A stretch of 42,974 bases of DNA, taken from positions 1 to 42,974 of the forward strand of contig JBEKWR010000015.1 of assembly GCA_049512935.1 (NCBI GenBank), given 5' to 3'. This document shows, piece by piece, positions 1-9,063 of the stretch. The stretch's first letter is position 1, and every line of letters begins with the position of its first letter. Source of the stretch: Candidatus Bathyarchaeia archaeon (lineage in GTDB: Archaea; Thermoproteota; Bathyarchaeia; Bathyarchaeales; Bathycorpusculaceae). Below the pieces are notes generated by a model, which worked only from the letters and a program-made list of their open reading frames with translations, was not told the DNA's origin and did not search any database. The position numbers were made by a program, and so were the translations under genes.

Positions 1-72
1 CATCATAAAGCAAGTATGACTCAGATGGATGAAAAATTTACAAAACCTAGCCAGCAAGCACCCTTGAGTTAG
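1..72 (+). CDS. 3' end of a truncated upstream ORF (HHKASMTQMDEKFTKPSQQAPLS*), unknown product
   Basis: Frame 1 is open from base 1 to TAG at 70-72, co-oriented with the following genes; too short to identify. Confidence 0.3.
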   Translation, partial: HHKASMTQMDEKFTKPSQQAPLS

Positions 73-141
73 TCTTTTAAGCTGTAGTCGACAAGTAGAA
101 AGTGCCGAGCGTCCTCTAATGTTTAATGGATTTGAACAGTA

Positions 142-1413
142 ATGGTTCAATGTGAAGTGTGTGGAAAACAAGTAGATTTACCGTTCAGGTGCAACTATTG
201 CGGAGGTCTATTTTGTGCTGAACATAGGCTCCCTGAAAGTCATCAATGTCTCCACTTACCCAAAGAATCCCCTGAGTATCTGAAGGAAAGATTACCCGAA
301 AAAAATCAAGATGCACCTCGAAAGCAACCTCTGCCTCTCAACAAAGACGTTGAATATGTCAGCCAAGGTCCTCTTCACTTCGAAAAAGGAGGGGGTTGGG
401 AAAAAAAGCGAAAAGAAAAAGCAAGAAAAAGAAACATTGCTTTTGCATGTTTCTTGACAGCAATAATCTTTGTTGCTATATTTTTTCTTTTTATAAATCC
501 AAACATCTTAAACCAAAATAACATTTCAACTAAGAACCCAATTACCTCGCCTTCTGCGGTTCCATCGTTTACGACTGGACCACAAGCCACACCGAATACA
601 GACGCCTATTCAGATTTAGTAAATTACGCTCTTTCATTAATCAATTCTGATAGGCAATCAAAGGGACTCCAAAATGTTACCCTCAGCAGCATTGACTCAG
701 CACAGCTTCACGCTGAGGATATGCTCAAAAACGGTTATTTCAGCCATTGGGACATGAACGGCTACAAACCCTATATGAGGTACACTTTAGCGGGCGGTGA
801 AGGTGCAGTTTCTGAAAACTGTGCTTGGCAAGGGGAAACTGGTAATATTGTTGGCATTAATGTCGAGTCAGCTCTTAAGAGCATGGAATACAGTATGATG
901 TATAATGATTTGGCTTCAAATTGGGGTCACAGAGACAACATATTAAACCCGTTGCATAACGAAGTGAGCATTGGAATTGCATATGATAACAATAACGTGT
1001 ATTTCGTTGAAGATTTTATAAATGACTATATTTCATGGAACCAACTGAGCGTTAATGGTAACGAAGTGACTATGCAAGGAACTATACAGACACAGCCAAG
1101 TAACATTCAACAAATTGGTATTTTTTATGACAACCCTTCACCTTTGACTGTAAACCAATTAGAACAAGCACCATATCAAGACGGGTATGACGCAGGAACT
1201 TATGTTGGGTCAGTTTTGCCTCCAAATTGGCAAGCAACTGGAGGAATCACAATAGCAGCCGATAACTGGAACCAAAATGGAAATAGCTTTCAGATTAGCT
1301 TCTCGTTGTCACAAGCTATAGCGGTTTATGGAAACGGTATATATACTCTTTACCTTGAGACAGGGAGTAGTACGGCTGATTCCCTTACCACTTATTCTGT
1401 TTGGATAAATTAG
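142..1413 (+). CDS. AN1-type zinc finger + transmembrane helix + CAP (SCP/Tpx-1/PR-1) domain protein
   Basis: N-terminal CEVCGKQVDLPFRCNYCGGLFCAEHRLPESHQC (AN1 pattern); basic stretch then a TM helix (IAFACFLTAIIFVAIFFLFI); S/T/P linker; CAP motifs INSDR, AQLHAEDMLKNGYFSH, SENCA, GHRDNIL, VSIGIA. Confidence 0.85.
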   Translation: MVQCEVCGKQVDLPFRCNYCGGLFCAEHRLPESHQCLHLPKESPEYLKERLPEKNQDAPRKQPLPLNKDVEYVSQGPLHFEKGGGWEKKRKEKARKRNIAFACFLTAIIFVAIFFLFINPNILNQNNISTKNPITSPSAVPSFTTGPQATPNTDAYSDLVNYALSLINSDRQSKGLQNVTLSSIDSAQLHAEDMLKNGYFSHWDMNGYKPYMRYTLAGGEGAVSENCAWQGETGNIVGINVESALKSMEYSMMYNDLASNWGHRDNILNPLHNEVSIGIAYDNNNVYFVEDFINDYISWNQLSVNGNEVTMQGTIQTQPSNIQQIGIFYDNPSPLTVNQLEQAPYQDGYDAGTYVGSVLPPNWQATGGITIAADNWNQNGNSFQISFSLSQAIAVYGNGIYTLYLETGSSTADSLTTYSVWIN

Positions 1414-1592
1414 TGCACACAACAACGCTATAAACTTAGAATGCGGTCTAACTTTTCATGGTGATAATTTTAAATCTTGATAGCGTAGAAATACTCAAAC
1501 ATGGTTGTCATCGAGCTTGGCAAAAACTTAAAACAGCTATCAGAAAATAATTAAGTTCCTGAAGATAGTAAACAGAGAAAGAGGAAATATCA

Positions 1593-2102
1593 ATGGTTTA
1601 CAACCGCAGGCGAGGTACTGCTATAGTCGAGTTTCCCGAGGGCATTTTAGTTGTTAGTCAAGGCAGTGAAACTTTTATGCTTCCAGGTGGTGGAGCAAAC
1701 AAAGGTGAAAGCCGAAAAAGTGCGGCAATGCGAGAACTTCAGGAAGAAACAGGTCTAAAGCCAGTAGAGTCTATATTATTGTTTCCTCATGAAGGCCGAC
1801 TCCATAAAACTTATAATGGTAAAGGGCATTTCCGAGATTACCACAAGGTCTTTTTGATTACGGTTAATGGCACTCCAAAGCCTCAAGGAGAAGTCAAACA
1901 TATAGCTTTCTTCAAAAATGGTTCAGATCTAAAGTTGTCATACTCTACGAGGGAAATAATTGAAAGGTTCTTAGCTATGAAAGGTGCGGGGCTTATACCC
2001 TTGGTGTGTGATCATTGTGGAGGGATTGATTTTCATCCCTCAACAAAAATCCCTAATGCACTCGAATGTGACCATTGTGGAAAAAATTTTACAAAAAGCT
2101 GA
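1593..2102 (+). CDS. NUDIX hydrolase with C-terminal zinc ribbon
   Basis: Nudix box GGGANKGESRKSAAMRELQEETGL; C-terminal CDHCG...CDHCG. Confidence 0.88.
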   Translation: MVYNRRRGTAIVEFPEGILVVSQGSETFMLPGGGANKGESRKSAAMRELQEETGLKPVESILLFPHEGRLHKTYNGKGHFRDYHKVFLITVNGTPKPQGEVKHIAFFKNGSDLKLSYSTREIIERFLAMKGAGLIPLVCDHCGGIDFHPSTKIPNALECDHCGKNFTKS

Positions 2103-2179
2103 ATTAGAATAAGCCTCGCATCGCAAGTTTTCCTATGGTAAAAAGTCTTAAATCTGCATCGCGCAGAAATAGCCTAAAC

Positions 2180-2569
2180 ATGGCAGATAAGGAAAATAAC
2201 GATGTAACTAAGAGATTAGATGAAAGAGAATTTCAGTTAGAAATGATGAAAGTTCAAATCTGCGCCGACTATGTTCATGCAACATTCACAACATTTTCGT
2301 CTTTTTTCTTGGTTCTTCTTGCTGGCGGTATTGTATTAGCATTGACAATCCGTTATTCAACTATTCCTTTTGCTGACATTGTGTCCATATCTCTGTTTGT
2401 TATATTTTTGGTTATGTCTATTAGCGGATTGATTTTGGTCGTGCAAAATTACGATAAGGGCTTTAAAGAAATCTCAAAAATGATGGAATCGGTAAAAAAA
2501 GGAAAAGAGTTACCACCATTAAATGAGATAGAACTTCTGAAAAGTAACCTAACAAAATTAAGAAAATAG
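2180..2569 (+). CDS. Hypothetical two-TM membrane protein
   Basis: Track ORF 2135-2569; ATG 2180 (MADKENND) is a more plausible start; two hydrophobic segments flanked by charged helices. Confidence 0.6.
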   Translation: MADKENNDVTKRLDEREFQLEMMKVQICADYVHATFTTFSSFFLVLLAGGIVLALTIRYSTIPFADIVSISLFVIFLVMSISGLILVVQNYDKGFKEISKMMESVKKGKELPPLNEIELLKSNLTKLRK

Positions 2570-2630
2570 TCAAAAGCTGAGAGACGCAAAAACTAAAAAG
2601 GTACATAGGTTAAAGTAGAATCGAGTCGAA

Positions 2631-2840
2631 ATGAACAAAGCAATACTCACTGGTCTGGGAATATTGCTATTATTGATAGGTTTAATTATAGCTTACTTTG
2701 CTGGAAGGGAATTAATAACCAATATAACTGTAACAAACATGTTTTCTCATGTCTACAGTTACTTGATAGAGGCTGCTATTGCGATTGCTTTTATGGTCGC
2801 TGGTGGACTCTTGGTTTATTTCGGAGTCAACAAATCTTAA
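2631..2840 (+). CDS. Small two-TM membrane protein (69 aa)
   Basis: Two clear hydrophobic helices; fills the gap between co-oriented genes. Confidence 0.65.
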   Translation: MNKAILTGLGILLLLIGLIIAYFAGRELITNITVTNMFSHVYSYLIEAAIAIAFMVAGGLLVYFGVNKS

Positions 2841-2891
2841 ATCTATACCCAAAGTGAAAACCAAGTAAAGAGCAGAATAGGCGCATATGGA

Positions 2892-3821
2892 ATGCCACAA
2901 TTTAAGAGAAAGGTAAATTGGCTCGAGGTTTTTTATTCCATTTTTGACATAAGATTATACAATAGATTTATGATAGCCAGTCTTTTTTTCTTGGCTTTTG
3001 GCTTTACTATTCCCTCTTTCATATTTTACATTTTGGCAACTAGAACTTCTATTGGGTGGTTGCCCTTTGCTATGTACATTTTTGTTTTTTTGTCAGCGAT
3101 AATATCTTCAGCAATATTCAGCAAAAATTTGTCTTTTTCTAAAAAACCACATGAATTCCAAGCTCTCAACAATTGGATTAGCTACTTTTTCTTAGTATCA
3201 AGCTGCCTTGCGTTTACATTCACTTTTATTGTGCTCTATCAGAAAAACGCGTTAGGGATACTTCAATTCAGTTTGGTATATGCCGTTTCTACTCTTACGC
3301 TAATCATTTCAATAATTGAAATATCAGTAGCTAGTCAAAGATATTCAGTCAGAAGAAACTTGGGCTTAACACAGGAAGCCCTCAATAAGCAAATGAAAAT
3401 ATGGAAAGAAAGTTTGGTTGATTTTCCAAATCACCAAGAACTAATAAGTAGTGTTGACGATTGCCGTTACGTTATCACCTTATTCGATAGAGGTTCATTC
3501 AATCTTGCGGTTCTATGGTTATGCAATACAATGGAACAAACTATAGATGCAGCCACTAAAGGAATTATCTCTGAAAATATCCAACGAAGAGACGTTTTTA
3601 GAAAAGAAGGAAAACCTAAGGCATACAGCACTCAACTAGAAACTTTTGGCTTTAAAATTAACAAGAGCAACGAAATTTCTATTGGAACACTATGGCATGA
3701 AATTAGAGTTAATGTTGCTCATCACAATTTTTCGCCTGATTTTAAGCAAACTTGTGGTGCAATAAACATTCTCCTTGCCTTCGTAACAGAGATGCCTGGA
3801 ATATTGCAAGCTTGGCGATGA
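2892..3821 (+). CDS. Four-TM membrane protein with putative C-terminal HEPN domain
   Basis: About four hydrophobic helices in the N-terminal half; helical C-terminal half with LAVLWLCNTMEQTI and an R-x4-H motif (IRVNVAHH). Confidence 0.6.
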   Translation: MPQFKRKVNWLEVFYSIFDIRLYNRFMIASLFFLAFGFTIPSFIFYILATRTSIGWLPFAMYIFVFLSAIISSAIFSKNLSFSKKPHEFQALNNWISYFFLVSSCLAFTFTFIVLYQKNALGILQFSLVYAVSTLTLIISIIEISVASQRYSVRRNLGLTQEALNKQMKIWKESLVDFPNHQELISSVDDCRYVITLFDRGSFNLAVLWLCNTMEQTIDAATKGIISENIQRRDVFRKEGKPKAYSTQLETFGFKINKSNEISIGTLWHEIRVNVAHHNFSPDFKQTCGAINILLAFVTEMPGILQAWR

Positions 3822-3985
3822 AAACTTTTTAGCACTATTCTAAGTTGAGTGCAATTAGTAAAGCAAGGTTTTTTATTCATCTGAATCCCAAATCTATATT
3901 TTCGGGTTTTTATTCCGATGCTATTTATAACTTGGCAAATTAATAGTTGGAGGTCAATATTTTCGAGACCTATGAAGGCACGATA

Positions 3986-4654
3986 ATGACTGACACTCAT
4001 GCGGTAACAATCTTGCGAATACTAAAAGGCGCCCTAGCGATGCCGAGGCTGGTTAAGCCAAAAGTTGACCCGTTCGAAACCTTGATTGTAACGATTATTT
4101 CACAGAACACCGCTGACACCAACACTGAGCGAGCCTTCGAAGCCCTGTCGAAGCAGTTCGAAATAACCCCTTCAGCGCTGGCTAATGCTGAAACAGAAAG
4201 AATTGAAGCTTGCCTTCACGTTGCAGGCTTATACCAAGCAAAATCCAAAGCAATACAGGCAACCTCAAAAATCATTATTGAAAAATTCGGTGGCTCTCTT
4301 GCGCCTGTTTTGTCTTTGCCTTTGGACGAGGCGAGAAAAACGCTTATGGAGTTGCCTGGTGTTGGACCGAAAACAGCCGATGTTGTCTTGCTCTTCTCAG
4401 CAAACCAGCCCACCATCCCCGTGGATACGCACGTGAACCGCGTGTCTAAACGGCTTGGCTTGGCACCCGCAAACGGCGATTACGAGGCTGTTCGCCTCAG
4501 CCTTCAGTCGTTTTTCGAGCCGAAGGATTACCTCGCGGTTCATCTGCTTCTGATTGCTCACGGTAGAAAAACCTGCAAGGCACAGCGCCCACGCTGCCAC
4601 GAATGCCCAGTTTACGATTACTGCCCGTCAAACTGTTTGGGGGATAAGGTTTGA
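3986..4654 (+). CDS. nth: Endonuclease III (HhH-GPD DNA glycosylase/AP lyase, 4Fe-4S)
   Basis: DPFETLIVTIISQNT, HhH LPGVGPKTADVV, PVDTHVNRV, and Fe-S motif CKAQRPRCHECPVYDYC; start placed at ATG 3986. Confidence 0.93.
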   Translation: MTDTHAVTILRILKGALAMPRLVKPKVDPFETLIVTIISQNTADTNTERAFEALSKQFEITPSALANAETERIEACLHVAGLYQAKSKAIQATSKIIIEKFGGSLAPVLSLPLDEARKTLMELPGVGPKTADVVLLFSANQPTIPVDTHVNRVSKRLGLAPANGDYEAVRLSLQSFFEPKDYLAVHLLLIAHGRKTCKAQRPRCHECPVYDYCPSNCLGDKV

Positions 4655-6582
4655 TTAAGCTGCCGAGCCAAGTGTCCGAGTTCTTCCCCTACAGCAGCGT
4701 GCGACCGCACCAAGACGAGTTCGTCAGCACCGTCTACAACGCCGTGCACGAGCGTCGTTCGGTTCTGATTGAAGGCAGCAACGGACTGGGAAAAACCATT
4801 TCGGCTCTTTCCGCTTGCGTTCCAGTAGCCGTAGAGAAGAACTTGAAGATTCTTTACGTTGCAAGGACGCATCGGCAGCATGACCGCGTCATCGAGGAGC
4901 TGCGGGCGATCTACAACAAGCACCGTGTCTCAGGCGTTTCAATACGCGGACGCAACGAAATGTGCCTCAACGTGTTCGCGCAGAGAGGCGCGTTTGACTC
5001 GAAGTCCCTTATGGAGGTCTGCGAGCTTCTTAAAGCCAAAGGCAGATGCCCCTACTATAGGAGCGTGGACGAGCGAGGATACGATTACCTTGTGCTTCAG
5101 CAGCAAGTCGCAACCCGACCGTACATGGCGTCGGAGATCATCAGTGTGTGCAAGAAAAAACAGGTCTGCCCCTACGAGCTGGTCAAGTCGGCGTTGTCAG
5201 ACGCCAAAGTAATCGCGTTAAGCTACCTCTACGTCTTCGACCCCCAAATCCGAACCGCCTTCCTCAAGAATTTGGAGACTGAGCTTGGGAAAATCATCTT
5301 GGTCGTTGATGAAGCACACAACTTGCCTGAGACAGCCATCGACATTTCAAGCGTGAGCCTGTCGCTTTTCGTGATGAAACAGGCGGAGCTGGAAGCCAAC
5401 AGGTTCCACAACAAGGACGCTGAGGAGTTTGCCCTATTCTTCAGAACCGAAGTGGAGAAGCTACTTGAACATGTCAACAGAGAAGAAATCATTCCCGCCG
5501 AATCCATCATTGGAATCATCGAAAAGCAAGGCATCAAGGATCCACGCGAGTTTTTTGAGCAGCTGCATGATGCGGGCGGCGCAATCAGAAAGAGTTTGTT
5601 GGCTGAAGGGAAGAATCCGCGTTCTTATATTCATGCGATGAGCGAGTTTTTGCTTAAATGCCTCGACACTTTGGGAGACGACTCGTACATTACCGTCGCA
5701 AGCTGCTACCTAAATAAGGAAAGGAACAGGACGGCGAAGCTGCAGATCGTCGCGTTGGACCCGTCGAAAATCACAGAGCCCGTTTTCTCATCGACCTACG
5801 CCAACGTGATAATGTCAGGTACGCTTCAGCCGCTGGACGCGTTTAAGCGGATAACGAGGCTGCCGCAGAACACAGTTGAATGCGTTGTGCCGTCGCCGTT
5901 TCCAAGGGAACACGTTTTTTCAGCGGTCTGCTGTGGCGTCAGCACGTCTTTGGAGAAAAGAACCCCAGCCATGTACCAGACAATGATTCAGCGGATAGAT
6001 GAGGTGGTTGAGAACACTCCGACTAACACTGGGGTTTTTGCCGCCTCATTTGGAGTGCTAAACTCGCTGATTACCGAAGGCTTAGAGAATACGCTGCAAA
6101 AACCGCTTTTTCATGAACGAAGAGACATGACGTCAAAAGCCAACGAGAAGTTGGTTCAGGATTTTAAGGCGTGCGGCGGCAAAGGCGGCGCCGTTTTCCT
6201 CGGCGTGCAAGGCGGGAGAACCTCTGAGGGCGTGGATTTCCCAGGCAACCAAATGAACTCTGTGGTGGTTGTGGGTGTCCCGTATGCTGAGCCGACCCCC
6301 CGTGTGAAGGCGCAGATTGAATATTATGAGAAGCGTTTTCCAGGATTGGGTCGCGAGTACGGTTATGTTTTGCCCGCCATGAAGAAGGCGTCTCAGGCGG
6401 CAGGAAGACCGATAAGAACGCTGGATGACATGGGAGCCATAGTCTTCTTGGACTACCGCTTTTCCACAAGTTACTGCCGAAGCTTCTTGCCATGTTGGAT
6501 AACCGACGGCATGAAGACGCTGCCGAATGAAAAAGGGGTTTTAGCGCAGGAAATAAGCGGCTTTTTCAAAGATCAGTCTTGA
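4651..6582 (+). CDS. xpd: XPD/Rad3-family Fe-S 5'-3' DNA helicase
   Basis: Q motif FPYSSVRPHQ, Walker A GSNGLGKT, Fe-S cysteines, DEAHNL, SGTLQP, SEGVDFPG, QAAGRPIR, LDYRF. Confidence 0.9.
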   Translation: MIKLPSQVSEFFPYSSVRPHQDEFVSTVYNAVHERRSVLIEGSNGLGKTISALSACVPVAVEKNLKILYVARTHRQHDRVIEELRAIYNKHRVSGVSIRGRNEMCLNVFAQRGAFDSKSLMEVCELLKAKGRCPYYRSVDERGYDYLVLQQQVATRPYMASEIISVCKKKQVCPYELVKSALSDAKVIALSYLYVFDPQIRTAFLKNLETELGKIILVVDEAHNLPETAIDISSVSLSLFVMKQAELEANRFHNKDAEEFALFFRTEVEKLLEHVNREEIIPAESIIGIIEKQGIKDPREFFEQLHDAGGAIRKSLLAEGKNPRSYIHAMSEFLLKCLDTLGDDSYITVASCYLNKERNRTAKLQIVALDPSKITEPVFSSTYANVIMSGTLQPLDAFKRITRLPQNTVECVVPSPFPREHVFSAVCCGVSTSLEKRTPAMYQTMIQRIDEVVENTPTNTGVFAASFGVLNSLITEGLENTLQKPLFHERRDMTSKANEKLVQDFKACGGKGGAVFLGVQGGRTSEGVDFPGNQMNSVVVVGVPYAEPTPRVKAQIEYYEKRFPGLGREYGYVLPAMKKASQAAGRPIRTLDDMGAIVFLDYRFSTSYCRSFLPCWITDGMKTLPNEKGVLAQEISGFFKDQS

Positions 6583-7658
6583 ATTTCCCTCAATTTCTCG
6601 TCTAAAAGAACCTTGCCTATCACAATCCTTGCGGGTTTGGCTGAAACGGCGGTTTGCACCTTCAGTTCTTTTCTTTTTTGGTTGATTTCACGCAGAACGC
6701 CTATTCCTAAAAATTTGTTTCTAGAACCGTACAGCCCGACAAGCACGCCTTTTTCTGGGGTTTGATCCTTCGGAATAGCCTTGAGCGTTTCGATAGCTAA
6801 CTGGCTCATTGGGTAACATTGAAGTTTTGCATGCTTCAAGTACCTTGCGTAGGTCATTTCCCTGAGGATTTTGCGTTTTTCCGCGGTTCGCTGGCTCAAA
6901 GAGGAAGAAAGCTCAACTGTAAGCACCGTTTGTTCCATGTCAGCGATCAACTCGTCAAGTTCATCCGCGACTTGAACGCCCACTATGACGTCGGGTTTTA
7001 GCTCTTTCACCATGTCCGCCTTGTAACGGATTGCGATGTCACCCGTAACCAAACCGTCCGTGTTGACCACCACAAAATCAACCGATTTCTGGGAGATTTC
7101 AGCCTTCAAAGCAGCCAAGCCCTCAATTATTCTGGGTAAGGCGGTAATCGGCGATGTGACGCCCATGAAAAAGGCGTTCTCAAGCTTCAAATCGTACAGT
7201 TCCGCAACGGGCTTATGGGTCAAGGCGTAGCCGACGGTGCCTGATGACCCGATGTCTGATTGTCCTAAATCGCCGTCTAAGACAGCGACCCTGCACTTGC
7301 CGTCTACTAACCTGTTAAGCAAGTAGGTGCAAAAGCTGCTTTTCCCAGAATCACTTTTCCCTAAAACCATAACAACCGCGGGCTTCTTCGGCAAATTCAA
7401 AATTGCTTCAAGAGGCTTATCCCATGAGCTCGGTATGGTGGTGCCCTCGGCTTCTCCAACGCTAGCGTTTGCGCCAAGCGATACGTCGAAGACGGCTTTT
7501 TCGAGAACAAAGAAAGGAAGCCGCTTGCCTTCCCGCACCACGACCCTTTGAGTCTGCTTAAGTGGGCAGCCGAAAACTTCAGCCTTGCCGCTGACAACCT
7601 TCACAGATGCGGGACCGTCAACTATCAGTGTCCTATTGGATTCGACCGTTTGTTGCAA
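6573..7658 (-). CDS. Clp1/Grc3/NOL9-family polynucleotide 5'-hydroxyl kinase
   Basis: N-terminal beta domain (IVDGPASVKVVSGKAEVFG), Walker A GKSDSGKSS, LDGDLGQSDIG, VNTDG, lid RKILRE; TTG start at 7658 behind GAGGAG. Confidence 0.85.
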   Translation of the reverse strand: MQQTVESNRTLIVDGPASVKVVSGKAEVFGCPLKQTQRVVVREGKRLPFFVLEKAVFDVSLGANASVGEAEGTTIPSSWDKPLEAILNLPKKPAVVMVLGKSDSGKSSFCTYLLNRLVDGKCRVAVLDGDLGQSDIGSSGTVGYALTHKPVAELYDLKLENAFFMGVTSPITALPRIIEGLAALKAEISQKSVDFVVVNTDGLVTGDIAIRYKADMVKELKPDVIVGVQVADELDELIADMEQTVLTVELSSSLSQRTAEKRKILREMTYARYLKHAKLQCYPMSQLAIETLKAIPKDQTPEKGVLVGLYGSRNKFLGIGVLREINQKRKELKVQTAVSAKPARIVIGKVLLDEKLREIQD

Positions 7659-8289
7659 TCTTCTTTCTCCTCTGAACAATATAGCCTGTTCTTGCAGCTA
7701 TGCTTATGGCGGAGGAAATGTGCCTGATTTTTCGGCTTCGCTTGTTCTCTGCTAAGGGTCGGTTCGTACCCGCTTCACCTACGACTTCCAGCGCAACTTC
7801 AGGCGGAAGCGCCTCGTCCAAGTTTTCAACCATTTCCTTGTAGACTGGAACCCCGTTGCCGATTTTAACGGAGACGTTTGTTACTGAAAAATTTACGTTT
7901 CTAACCATGCGGCTTATGCTGTTGATTAGTTCCTGTGTGCTGAAACAGTTGCTTTCTTCAATCACTTCGCCGTCCGCAATTATCGCAAGCCCGATTGCTC
8001 CGCCCGGGTCGATGCCGACGGTTATTTTTTCGTAAGATTCTTTGCCTGAAAGCGTGCGTTTTACCGCGTTAATTAAGGTGTCAAGCTCGGTGTCGTCGCT
8101 GAGGACCAATATTTTTTCGTGTTTTATCAGGTGGCGTTCCCGCTCGGTTGTTATAACCACTTTCACTTCGGAGGGCACTGGCTCGCCTGGAACCACACTT
8201 ACGAAAGGGATGCGTTGTTCTCGTAACTCGTTAACGATTAGAAAGTAAGCTTTTCCCTTTACCGTTGCGACCGCAACTTTTTCTTTCAA
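7633..8289 (-). CDS. Conserved archaeal protein with YqgF/RuvX-like RNase H fold
   Basis: VGIDPGGAIGLAII, VKIGNG, VVGEAGT, ISSAISIA; likely TTG start at 8289 (track start 8340 runs into the divergent promoter region). Confidence 0.65.
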   Translation of the reverse strand: MKEKVAVATVKGKAYFLIVNELREQRIPFVSVVPGEPVPSEVKVVITTERERHLIKHEKILVLSDDTELDTLINAVKRTLSGKESYEKITVGIDPGGAIGLAIIADGEVIEESNCFSTQELINSISRMVRNVNFSVTNVSVKIGNGVPVYKEMVENLDEALPPEVALEVVGEAGTNRPLAENKRSRKIRHISSAISIAARTGYIVQRRKKIATNGRIQ

Positions 8290-8364
8290 TAAATCAACCT
8301 TATAGTATACGTTTAAGTGCAAAAACATTACTAGATTCAAGTTTAATAAAACTTGGGTATAAAA

Positions 8365-9063
8365 ATGGCTACAATCAGCACAGGCTGCGTATGCATCGAC
8401 AGCAAAATCGGGGGAGGCATCTCGCCCGAGAGCGTTACCTTAGTCTATGGTGAACCAGAAACTGGAAAAACAACGCTTGCCATGCAATGCGCCGTCAGCT
8501 GTGCGGTTCTAAACTTCAAGGTTTTGTTTGTCGACTGCGATAACACTTTCTCAACGAAGAGGCTTTCTCAACTTTCAGGTGACAAGTTTGACCAGGTGGC
8601 TACGCAGATTATTTTGATTAAGCCTAAAGATTTCCGTGAGCAAACCGTGCTTGTAGATCACATTCAAGATTACACGGAAAAGAATTTTGGGTTAATAGTC
8701 GTCGACACGTTAACGTCCCTGTACGGGGCAGAAGTCTCCCAATACTCGGGTAAAGCCTTCAGCGTAAACCGCGAGTTAAACAGGCAATTAGCCATTTTAG
8801 CTCAAACCGCAAAGATCCGGAAAATTCCAGTTATAATAACAAGTCAGGTCAGAAGCGTTTTTGACAACCCGAATGTCAGTGTTGCTCCAGTCGCTAACCG
8901 AGTCTTGAAATTTTGGGCGGACACGATAATAGCTTTGAAGCCGACGGATTATCCTCAAATCCTAAAAGCGGTTGTGGAGAAAACACGGGAAAATTCTCAA
9001 GAAGTTAACTGTTATGTACAAATAGTCGAATCTGGAATACAAGATACTAAATTCCAAGAATAA
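8365..9063 (+). CDS. radB: RadB-like RecA/RadA paralogue
   Basis: ISTGCVCIDSKIGGGI, Walker A GEPETGKTT, Walker B IVVDTLT, VIITSQV; lacks the RadA N-terminal HhH domain; ATG at 8365. Confidence 0.72.
   Translation: MATISTGCVCIDSKIGGGISPESVTLVYGEPETGKTTLAMQCAVSCAVLNFKVLFVDCDNTFSTKRLSQLSGDKFDQVATQIILIKPKDFREQTVLVDHIQDYTEKNFGLIVVDTLTSLYGAEVSQYSGKAFSVNRELNRQLAILAQTAKIRKIPVIITSQVRSVFDNPNVSVAPVANRVLKFWADTIIALKPTDYPQILKAVVEKTRENSQEVNCYVQIVESGIQDTKFQE

Noticed and set aside
6544-6567. XPD C-terminal AQEISGFF as a PIP-box
   Set aside because: The Gln is one position off consensus, and the segment probably forms the terminal helix of the helicase.
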